DNA of 64,000 nt from Perkinsela sp. CCAP 1560/9 (Eukaryota > Protista > Euglenozoa: Kinetoplastea), in assembly GCA_965644495.1 (NCBI GenBank), contig CBFFSA010000007.1, forward strand, positions 558,001-622,000, read 5' to 3'. Positions within the stretch are counted from its first letter, which is position 1; each line of letters begins with the position of its first letter. The translations under genes and the position numbers were made by a program. Shown piece by piece: positions 23,322-33,257 of the stretch. The notes below the pieces were generated by a model. It was not told the DNA's origin, did not search any database, and saw only the letters and a program-made list of their open reading frames with translations.

Positions 23322-23402
23322 TATACAAGTTGTATATTCTTCTGCTAAAATGCAGAGTGACTGAAAAGCGACTTTCGTAGTAATACAACTCTTCATTTTG
23401 AC

Positions 23403-26138
23403 ATGCTGGAGTATTTGGAAAATGAGATGTTTAGCGATGTGGAGATATATCATCCAGCAAGCTCCACTAAACTGCGCTGTCACGGGATAGTCCTGGCTAC
23501 CAAATCTGCATACTGGAAACGGCGCTTGGAGGCCTCGGTAACTTGTTCCCATGAAAGTAAGATTCACAGTGAAACGAATCAATGCAATGGGACATCAAGT
23601 TCCCATAGTGCGTTGCGTGAGAATACGAACAAGGAAGATTGTAAGTCAACGCAAAGAAATATTGGGAAGAAATGTTTCTCCCATCAAAACAACAATGAGA
23701 GTGAAGGTACAGGAGCTCATTGTGCCTCATCGTATCGCGTATTATTGGACGATTTACCCTCTTGCATTACAAGCACCACACTGCGTCATGTGATACGATT
23801 CATGTACACCGATTATATTGATGTGGTCTCTAAATTTATTATGGCTACAGCAGGCTGCTGCGATATTGATAGTTCGGTACAAAACAAATCTACAACATCT
23901 AGTGAGAGTGGTCCTTATAGAGCTCATTTTCCAGGTGGCTTTTCTGACGCTTCATTTCCACTACGATCACATACGCCAACTCAATCTATCACCGATCCAC
24001 TGAGTTCAGTGAGTCAATGCTCGGCTAGTACTTTACAAAGATCAAGTCAGAGCACCTCATGTTTTCTATCCAGCCAATCACTTCATTCCTCATCAAACAT
24101 TCTCTCCGTACGCTCGCTCGATGAAAGTTTCACTTCTCCTGAAACCGATACACTAAAGCCAATTTGGGGCGTGGAGGATGAGCGCTGGCTTTCGAGACAT
24201 CTGCCTTGTATGACTTTTTTGGCGTCTCGCTAGGAGATTTCAACTTTTTTTGGTCTGTTAAAAAAGGTTCTTCCCGAGATAATGAAAAAGTGTCCTACGT
24301 TTTCTCTGTCTCTCCTTCAAGAATTAAGATTTTCAGAAGCCGAAGTGTCGTGTGAAGAAAACAATTTGCTCACGGAACTATGCGTTCGCCATCTTACACT
24401 ATTCGTTAGAATAGATAGGGAGGTACTCTCCACAACGTATTCTTCATCCATCACGTATGATGACGCTGTTTCTCATGAAAATACGACCCACCAAAATCAG
24501 GTAGCTGCTGCAAAGAAAATTCCGTCCTTTTCACAAGGCAAATCATGCGAAAATATGAATGAAATGATAGAGAACGAAGTCACACTATTCTCGGATTTAT
24601 CTTTCGGAGAGGAATTTATAACTTACACAAATGAGCTTCTTAAACCTTCTGAAATGCTACAAGTCGTATTAAACACACAGCGTATTATGGGAGACGTGCA
24701 AGACGAAGTGTTTGATGAGGTTGATATATTAAGTGGGACCTCGTGCGAAAATATCCTGGAACCTAGATTGGGAAATTGTCTTACCACAGAATCTCCACGG
24801 CAATTATTGAATCTACAAGTTTCGAAATACCTCTTAAGCTTGCCACTTGACTGTCTGAATGACCAGGAAAGTCTGTTTCAATTGTGTGAGTCTGTTTCAT
24901 CGCCACCTCTCGATCTCACCCTTGATCTGTTTCAATTTTCTATACGTATTCAAGAACCAGAACTCACTAACCGGTGTTTGAAATCCTTTTCTTCCGATAG
25001 AAGTCTGCTGTCAAAATTTTTGCAAAAACATCAAACAGATCGTACGTCTAGTCTTACTCCAAACGATCCTGAGCATAATGCTTCCTGTAGTCACTGCTCT
25101 CCCCAAAAGGCATACAGTGTTGAATCAGAAAATATACAACGAATTCCCTATACAGCAGAAGAATACGCTATTGGGGATTCGAATAAAGAAACATCTCGAA
25201 CCGCAAAAGACTCTGATACCTGGAAAACCGGAGCCGTACTGCCAGTTGCTGAAGGTTGCTTATCGGTTTTTACACGACCACAGCATGAAGTTCCAGTAGA
25301 AAATTGCAAGACGCCTGACGCATACTGCACTCCCTCTAGCCAAATCCTATCGTTTTGCGCATCATCTAAAGTGATAGGAGCAGCTTCCATGCGTGCTCCC
25401 AGTAAACTCCCTTGTAGGCCAAATTTGGAGGAATCCCCTTGTCTATGCTCCTCCAATTTGCTGAACATTTTGTCTCGCGTTGTTAGTCGAGGTCTTATAG
25501 GTGATACTCGGTTCGAATGTCGGGATCTGATAGAGCATTCTATTAGCTCATCGTGCAGCATCCCACTAAATCAGGGTCCTAATGTACACGCCTCATCCGA
25601 GGAACAAAAGAAAGAAATTGATGTAGCCTTAAGTCAGTTCGACGTTGCAGAAAGAGAAATCTTTACTAAAGAGCTTTTGAAGGCTTATTCGCAGCAACAA
25701 ATACTGCGCAATGTATCTGCATCGAAAGGGGCGACGATCCCTGAACAAGACATTTTAGATCATTTCACGACCTTTTTAAAGGATTCTGTGTACTACGTTT
25801 ACGAGCAGAATCGAACGGAACCAAAGCTGACTTCAGGAGAACTCAAACGATCATTCTTAGAACAACGGGAAGAAATGGGCCATCAAAGAAAACGAATTCG
25901 TCGAACCGAAGCTAAAATAAATCATATACGGAATCTTGTGCATCGGGATTTATCTGCGATTAAATCTAAATATCAGAACCTAAAGGAGAGGGACACCGAC
26001 TCTCCTATTCATTCTTTTATTTCTTCAACTAGAAAAAGTTTGAAACACTTTCGTCTACTTCAAAAGCGTAGAATAGAGGACTTAGATAAGTATCTTAAAC
26101 AAAGTATGGATCTAATGGAGCAGTGTGTGCATAATTAA
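23403..26138 (+). CDS. BTB/POZ-domain protein with coiled-coil tail; one in-frame TAG at 24231-24233
   Basis: FSDVEI..CHGIVLATKSAYW, VIRFMYTD; ORF 24282-26138 is in the same frame 16 codons after the TAG. Confidence 0.65.
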
Positions 26139-26703
26139 TGTTCACAGTTCATTTAGCGGATCAGTCTTCATGTTCGGAAATAGGGATTTGGTTCAGAGAG
26201 CGATATCTTGCCAAACGATTTGTTTAATAGCAATTACCGTTAGCTATACCGCATTTACCCGCTAGGTGGGTAATTACCCGACTTACCCGTTTGGGTATGA
26301 CTTTTCGAATAGCAAAAAGGTCGTTGTCGAGCCAAGGTTGTATTGCTGTTTTAGGTGCATTGTGTATTTTTCCGAATCGAACACCGTAGAGAACCATGAG
26401 CATCTGTTTAGCCAATCTCTGCCGTTGTCACCTTCATATTTATATGTAAACGAGAGGGGGACACCTTTCGTGTAGGATGGACTCATAGTGTTGACGTAGT
26501 TTGTCCTGACGACAAACAGTTCTCAGAGCAACATCGTATGACTTACACTGTAATTACATACAGTATATTTAACTCATTCAACACTTTAAATCTTTATTAT
26601 CTAATAGTATTAGATAGTAAATACACTATAGTTCTCGACTATCTTGACGGAATAAGTATAGTCTATATTCTCCTAAGAGTGTATATTGAATATCTTTACC
26701 CAT

Positions 26704-29700
26704 ATGGATTCCTCTACTACTCAAGAACACAAAAGCTTTGTCAAGAAAATAAAGGGCCGTGGGGCCAAGAAAAAAGAGCTTGCTGTCAAAAAGAAGCGTG
26801 AATTGGACTCGGAACCTAATAGGGGTCGCAACCCCAAAGCATTCACCCGACCCTCCGATGGTACACGTAAGGCGCTCGCAACGAAAAGAAAGGTTGAACA
26901 GCGAGAGAATCGCCTCCGGTTGCCCAACATCGACCTTTCCTATACGAAAACCTCTCCACCGCCGTTAGTGATTGCGGTCGTAGGACCACCCCGATCTGGA
27001 AAGAGCACATTGATACGATCTCTGATAAAGGCTCTAACACAAAAGAAAGTGCAACGCGTGAATGGTCCCATCACAATGTGCGGCAAAAATGATTCCCAAC
27101 GTGTAACATTTCTTGAGTGCCCTGCAACATTGAATGCCATGTGCGATGTAAGCAAAATTGCAGACATCGTAGTCATGGTAATCGACAGCTCCTTTGGCTT
27201 TGAACTTGAAACATTTGAGTTTTTGAATATCGCAACTGTACATGGGCTCCCGCGAATTGTTGGTATCTTAACGCACCTGGACAACATGAAAAATAATAAA
27301 ACTCTCAAAAAATCGAAGAAGATTATGCGACATCGCTTTGCTCAAGAGGTTTCACAAGGTGCAAAATTGTTCTATCTCACTGGGAGGGAAAAAAGCGGGT
27401 TGTACAAGAGGAGTGAAATGCTGACGCTTCAACACTACCTACACTCTGTTAAGGCCACGAATGTAACTTGGAAAGGTTCCCATCCGTATCTTCTTGCAGA
27501 TCGATATGAAGATATTACAAACAACGACGAGTCGGACGCATCTGATAGTAATCGAACTGTTGCATTCTACGGTTATGTCCGAGGCAAACCTTTACTGCCC
27601 CGTCAAAGCGTTCATCTTCCTGGGGTCGGTGACTACCCTGTTGCGCATATTATGCCTTTAAAAGATCCTTGTCGGACGATGAAGAAAAGCACGACCCGGT
27701 CCTTGACAGGTCGTAGCGGGCGTAGCGTCTACGCTCCCCAGTGTGATCTTGGGGAGCTGAGCTACCAACAAGATGGTGTGTTTGTACACATGGAACCACC
27801 TTCGCAGGCGTCGCCTTTATCAAATGAAGCAACTGTCGAATCTGGGATCTCCTTGATTCAGGAGCTGCGAGATTTGAAGGCAGAAACGTTTTCGCATGCG
27901 GGAAAAATGTCCAACCTTTCTAGGGAGAGCTCAGCTAAAAATGGGTTTGTTCATCATGAAAATAATCTTTACGTGAGGGAAACGGATATTGCGTTAGAGG
28001 TTGAAACCAACAACACATGCTTGTATTCGGATTTGGATTGCACTAAGCTTATTCCCTTCACTGGTCAGCCAACCACCAAAACAAATTGGGATGATCCAGA
28101 GAAAATAGGTAGCATCAGAAATTTGTTTATCACAGGAAGATGGGAAGAATCCGACTTATCAAAAGGCCTCCTTGAGGGGAAACCAAGCGAAGAGGGTTCA
28201 TTAGAAAAAGGGTACGAAAGTATGGATTCAGAGGATACAGAGGATTCCAAAAATATGCAGAGCGATACGGACTCTGATAGCAGTAATGCAGCTAACGATG
28301 AAGAAGGAAATTACACACATCAGAATCGCGATGAGAGTTCCACACTCAGAAAACGGAAACACGCTATTCTTCAAGGTGACGAAGAAGCCCATTCTCTTGT
28401 ACAGCACTTTTTGAATTCTTCATCCGTGGACAAGCCTTTAGTGCAATCGGAAAGTCCAATTGAAACCCAAAATTCTCTTCAAATCACAGCTGGTCTATCA
28501 AACGTTCCGCCTGGTATGTCAGCTGATTACTTTGAGCGAAAGAAGCGTCAAAAGCTCCAATTTTTGGATAGCTTATCAAGCACCAGATCTCCAAACTTAG
28601 ATGACGGTGAAGATGAAGCACAAGAAGCCAATGTAACAAAAGGTCCTCAGACTCATCTTTCTCAGCTAGAGAATCAAGCAAAGAAACAGCACGAGTACGC
28701 TAATCAAGTGTTGGAAAGGATTGCCCCTGATGAGAACTCTCGCGTGAACATTTTAGGATATCTGCCTGGTATGTATGTGAGAGTTGTTTTGCGCAATCTT
28801 CCTGTGGAATCCTTAAACACATTACGTCAGTCGATCAATGCTCCTGTCATTCTCGGAGGTCTTCTTCCCGGTGAGGACACTCTGGGACTCATTCACGCTC
28901 GTGTAAAACGACATCGCTGGCACAAGGGTCTCGGCAAGTCGTACGATCCCGTTGTCTTTTCCATGGGGTGGAGAAGATTCCAGACCCAACCGATCTACGC
29001 AATGGAGGATCCCACAGGAAGGCAGCGTTTTTTAAAGTATACTCCTCAGCATATGCATTGTGTAGCAAGCTTCTACGGTCCTCAGGTTCCTCCAAATACA
29101 GGCATATGTGCATTACGTTTGCCTCGACAAGATGATAGTGAATCAATAGAAACGAAGCGTCCTCGATTTCGCTTGACCCTTTCTGGCTATACCATGGAAA
29201 TTGCGACGACGTCTAGAATAGTGAAGAAGCTCAAAATAGTGGGATACCCTCACAAGATCAGCAAGAATACTGTATTTGTCAAAGACATGTTTAGTAGTTC
29301 GAGCGAAGCTGTTCGTTTCGAAGGCGCAAAACTTCGTACAGTTTCCGGTATTCGTGGTGCAATAAAAAAGGCTGTAGCTACACAAGATGGGATGGTTCGT
29401 TGCAGTTTCGAAGACAAATTGCTCAGGAGTGACATCATTTTTCTTCGTGCGTTCACGCCTGTGGAACCTCCCCAATATTATAACCCTGTCACAAATTTAT
29501 GTGAAGTCGGTGGTCAGTGGAAGGGCATGCGTACCACCCGAGAGCTGCGTATTGCAACCGGTAGTAGCATTCCGAAGAATCCTGACAGTGAGTATCTTGA
29601 GAATCCAGTGCATAAAGAAGCCTCGGAGCACCACTTCTCTGTTCCGAAAGCACTCGCAAAGCAGTTGCCATATTCCCACAAGGAATCGAGAACGAATCCG

Positions 29701-29988
29701 AAGGCTAACATAGTGGTTGGAATACCGAAAGATATAAGAAGTGAAGTTGCTGAGTTGGCAACCGTATTTCAAGACCGCAAGGAGAGTCAGAAAATGTCCG
29801 TACTCGAGCACTTCGATACAACCCGGAGGAAAATGGAGGCAACTGACGAAAAAGCAGCAAAGAAACGTTTGTTAGAAACCGAGAAGAAAGCCCGAAAAGA
29901 CGAACTTCATCAAGCCCAACGCGTTAAAAAATATAAAAAAGAAACCGCCAAGAAACTGGACTTTAGAAAAGGATCAAAGAGAGGATAA
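26704..29988 (+). CDS. BMS1: Ribosome biogenesis GTPase BMS1
   Basis: RNPKAF, VVGPPRSGKSTLIRSL, GFELETFEFLN, RVKRHRWH, GWRRFQT.PIY, RTVSGIRG.IKK. Confidence 0.96.
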   Translation: MDSSTTQEHKSFVKKIKGRGAKKKELAVKKKRELDSEPNRGRNPKAFTRPSDGTRKALATKRKVEQRENRLRLPNIDLSYTKTSPPPLVIAVVGPPRSGKSTLIRSLIKALTQKKVQRVNGPITMCGKNDSQRVTFLECPATLNAMCDVSKIADIVVMVIDSSFGFELETFEFLNIATVHGLPRIVGILTHLDNMKNNKTLKKSKKIMRHRFAQEVSQGAKLFYLTGREKSGLYKRSEMLTLQHYLHSVKATNVTWKGSHPYLLADRYEDITNNDESDASDSNRTVAFYGYVRGKPLLPRQSVHLPGVGDYPVAHIMPLKDPCRTMKKSTTRSLTGRSGRSVYAPQCDLGELSYQQDGVFVHMEPPSQASPLSNEATVESGISLIQELRDLKAETFSHAGKMSNLSRESSAKNGFVHHENNLYVRETDIALEVETNNTCLYSDLDCTKLIPFTGQPTTKTNWDDPEKIGSIRNLFITGRWEESDLSKGLLEGKPSEEGSLEKGYESMDSEDTEDSKNMQSDTDSDSSNAANDEEGNYTHQNRDESSTLRKRKHAILQGDEEAHSLVQHFLNSSSVDKPLVQSESPIETQNSLQITAGLSNVPPGMSADYFERKKRQKLQFLDSLSSTRSPNLDDGEDEAQEANVTKGPQTHLSQLENQAKKQHEYANQVLERIAPDENSRVNILGYLPGMYVRVVLRNLPVESLNTLRQSINAPVILGGLLPGEDTLGLIHARVKRHRWHKGLGKSYDPVVFSMGWRRFQTQPIYAMEDPTGRQRFLKYTPQHMHCVASFYGPQVPPNTGICALRLPRQDDSESIETKRPRFRLTLSGYTMEIATTSRIVKKLKIVGYPHKISKNTVFVKDMFSSSSEAVRFEGAKLRTVSGIRGAIKKAVATQDGMVRCSFEDKLLRSDIIFLRAFTPVEPPQYYNPVTNLCEVGGQWKGMRTTRELRIATGSSIPKNPDSEYLENPVHKEASEHHFSVPKALAKQLPYSHKESRTNPKANIVVGIPKDIRSEVAELATVFQDRKESQKMSVLEHFDTTRRKMEATDEKAAKKRLLETEKKARKDELHQAQRVKKYKKETAKKLDFRKGSKRG

Positions 29989-30237
29989 GAAACTCATAGA
30001 GAATGTATGCGATTGCGCACTGTGACAAGTAACGTAAGTATAAGTAACGGGAATTGACAGTATGAACAAGATATCGAATTGTTATAATATATGCGCGTCT
30101 TCAGGTATCTATCATACGATGTACAGAAGATGGCATGCTTACTGTGTGTCGCTTTGTTACCACAAACCTATTTTCACTGCATATTGCTTTTGAACACTTT
30201 TATTTTTCCGTCTTAATAAACCTTCAGTGATCGTTTC

Positions 30238-33087
30238 ATGTCGACGGAGGCATCCGAGTGCGTCGTGGATTGTGATACAACACGTATCCTTTCTTCGTCT
30301 TATTTACAGAAAGTGCCACAACCAGATCCTATTCTTATACACATACTACAAGCTACGGAAGTCCTATTTCATACAAAAGGAGCATTTCGTAGCGAGGAAA
30401 GCAACAGTGACATATCACTTCAAGTGCTTTATCCGGACCTTTGGCAGCGCATACAATCATCTGGTCCATGCACTGAAACCTCTTCTTGTGGGGTTAAGCG
30501 ACTGACATTCGCACTTCTGCATTGCATGCTTCTGCAGCCCACTAGAGTGCGTACTCTCAAATGTTTTCTACCCCATACTGTGCATCATTTAATCTGCAGC
30601 GTGCATGCTATCACACTTCCGATAGGACAACTTCTTGAAGATTTAATTTTAGGCTCAATCATACACTGCACCGATTGGGCCATCATCCTGTACTTGGCAT
30701 GGATAACCCAATCATACAAGTTTTTGAAGTGTCGCACAGTTATGATGAACTCCTTACATAAGGCAATAAACGCGTCGAGTGATTCCTTACACCACAAATC
30801 TCCACATTTTACAGGCGACTGTCATGAACTTGCGCATGAAGCATTAATTATTCTTGGTTTTTCTGACGAAAAGCGTTCAGAATTCTTTGCCTCCTTCCAA
30901 TTCTTATCCTCACGCACAAACGGTTGCGATTTATCGATTGCAACTCTTTTTAACACTGTTAGCTCACCCCCGCGAGCCCAAACCTATGGAGCTTACCACC
31001 TCTTTGAAAATCCTTCTTCGCCAAGTTCTGTATACATTTTTCCTAAGCAAAGAGACGACACCCCTGTGTTTGTCGTGCAACACACTACAGAGGACATCTC
31101 GGCTGCATCTTCCTTAGCAAATAAGGCGCACAACTTTGATGACGATGCAAACATGGATATTGTAAAAATGTTTACCACTTGCTTCCTTCAGAATACGCAA
31201 AACGCTGGTCGGCTTGTTACGAGGTGGCTTTTGGATCCGAAAAAGATATTTTCACTTCAAAGGAGTCCAACTACTGGGCATCGCTCATGGATACAAATAT
31301 TGTGTAATTCAAACCATATGCTGCGTCGAAGGTTATTCGTACGTCAAATATTGTGGAGCAATGCCTCCAATCTTAGCGAATGTGTTGGGTGTCTTTTATC
31401 CATGCATGATGCTTTTTTTCTACCTGAGGCAAGCCACTCTTTGTGTCATGATGGTGCAGAAGAGCAAAAGGAAGGGCACGAATGGAAAGAGAGAAGCGCT
31501 TTTTCATTATCGTTAAACGTTCTCTGCATTTTAGAAGAGTTTTTGTCCATTGAGCTGCAATGCACGAATGGGTGGTATTCGGAATCTTCTGAGCAACAAG
31601 GGACCCATAGTCCCCACCACCAGGCTAACCCATCAAAGTTTTGGATGATCATACTTCTGTTGCGTCTATCACAACTACCAAACGGCAAAGGTGGGGATAT
31701 TGCGAGCTTTACATTGTTACATGCCATTTCCTATATGTACCGTCATATCATGCTTCTAGATGTCACTCTTGTTCATCGATTACGTCACCTTGTGGTTCAT
31801 TTAGGACAGTCCTACGCTTTTGAAATGCCTTGGTCGTTGTGGTATGAAATGTGTACGGATTACTCGGATTCGCGCCTGGGCGTTTGCAGAAAGCTTTTCC
31901 TTCACGAAATTCTGAGTGATATGACGGTACGCTCGTTTTCCCGCCGAGTACTTCGCGCTGTTCCTGAAGAACTTCATGCTCTCGTTCCTCGCACGCCACG
32001 TCGCGGGGCTCGTGACTCCTTCCGCCGCCTAGCAAGTCTAGAAAAGATTCTTGGGTCGAAAAACATGTTCATGTTAAAAAATGTCATGTTTCGGCTACGT
32101 GATTTATATTCCCCAAATGTTGACTGTGACGCAAGTGAAAGTGCTCATATTCAGCTGATGCATTCTATTTTGTGTGAAAGTGAAGTGTCCCTCTGCTATC
32201 AGAGGGAATTGTTACATTTTTCACGTGACATATTTAGCGAATTAGACCTTTCGTTGTACGAGCAACTGAATCAGCATACGGATCTTGAGAGGGGAATCTT
32301 AAAAGAGGGAAAACGAGTTTCTATTCTACATTTCAAAATCTATGTGGAACTTTTGAATCACATTCTTACCTTCTGGAAAGGTAACTCTGCTGCGAGATTT
32401 CACACGTTTTGTAACGTAATAAAGTCCGGGGTTTGTAGGCCTATACACATTGCGCTATGGTTGGAACAACCAGAAATTGTTCAAATCTGGGAGCAAAGTT
32501 GGATTACCGACGTACTTGTATATGCAATAGATCATGTCTTGCGGCCATCTGTCGAAAACATCTCTGAAGCGGGCAGCTTGTGTGCATCGAACACACGAGA
32601 GATTAGTACATCTGAGGCTAGTTACGTGCATGCAAAATGGGAATACGAAGTACGAGTTTTCCTTTTAGTATCACTACAGGCTTTATGTCAGCACATTTCA
32701 ACGGCATGTTGTACTGAAAAAGAAGAGGTAAAAAAAATTATGGAATCTTCCCATGGGAAAGAAGGTATGAACCCGAAATGGCACACCAAAAACGTAGTTT
32801 GGCTTCGGGGAGCTGTAGGCATGGTGCGTATCTTACTGCGCTCAGCGCATAACAATTGTATTGCGGCGCGACTTCCTTCGCTATCGGCATGCTTGCGTGA
32901 CATAGTTTTCATCGAGGGATCAACTAATGATTTTTTGATAATCATGTTTATGGAAGTATTCGCACCACAAAAACTTCTCTATCGAGAGAATAATCTTTCA
33001 GAACGAACGCGAACATCAAATCTCAAATCCACGGAGAGTAGAAAACCCTTGATTTGCTTTCGAGAATTTTTAGAATATGAAAAATAG
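30238..33087 (+). CDS. Divergent nuclear cap-binding complex large subunit (CBP80/CBP110-like)
   Basis: HLGQSYAFEMPWSLW...KLFLHEIL...RSFSRRVLRAVP resembles the CBP80 MIF4G-like HLSNF.F.W.W...K.F..E.L...RLS...R...VP pattern. Confidence 0.6.
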   Translation: MSTEASECVVDCDTTRILSSSYLQKVPQPDPILIHILQATEVLFHTKGAFRSEESNSDISLQVLYPDLWQRIQSSGPCTETSSCGVKRLTFALLHCMLLQPTRVRTLKCFLPHTVHHLICSVHAITLPIGQLLEDLILGSIIHCTDWAIILYLAWITQSYKFLKCRTVMMNSLHKAINASSDSLHHKSPHFTGDCHELAHEALIILGFSDEKRSEFFASFQFLSSRTNGCDLSIATLFNTVSSPPRAQTYGAYHLFENPSSPSSVYIFPKQRDDTPVFVVQHTTEDISAASSLANKAHNFDDDANMDIVKMFTTCFLQNTQNAGRLVTRWLLDPKKIFSLQRSPTTGHRSWIQILCNSNHMLRRRLFVRQILWSNASNLSECVGCLLSMHDAFFLPEASHSLCHDGAEEQKEGHEWKERSAFSLSLNVLCILEEFLSIELQCTNGWYSESSEQQGTHSPHHQANPSKFWMIILLLRLSQLPNGKGGDIASFTLLHAISYMYRHIMLLDVTLVHRLRHLVVHLGQSYAFEMPWSLWYEMCTDYSDSRLGVCRKLFLHEILSDMTVRSFSRRVLRAVPEELHALVPRTPRRGARDSFRRLASLEKILGSKNMFMLKNVMFRLRDLYSPNVDCDASESAHIQLMHSILCESEVSLCYQRELLHFSRDIFSELDLSLYEQLNQHTDLERGILKEGKRVSILHFKIYVELLNHILTFWKGNSAARFHTFCNVIKSGVCRPIHIALWLEQPEIVQIWEQSWITDVLVYAIDHVLRPSVENISEAGSLCASNTREISTSEASYVHAKWEYEVRVFLLVSLQALCQHISTACCTEKEEVKKIMESSHGKEGMNPKWHTKNVVWLRGAVGMVRILLRSAHNNCIAARLPSLSACLRDIVFIEGSTNDFLIIMFMEVFAPQKLLYRENNLSERTRTSNLKSTESRKPLICFREFLEYEK

Positions 33088-33257
33088 GAAAAGTAACGTT
33101 GCTTTTCACCAATACATTATTAAACACAAGCACTAACATCTTTACTTTAAGTCAAAGGAGTTTTGCTTCGAGAGGGTTTATAGCGTCATTGTCTAGTTAA
33201 CATTTATTACTCAAGGGTATGTAATCAAGATGTTTGAAGCATAACATCAGAAACGTC

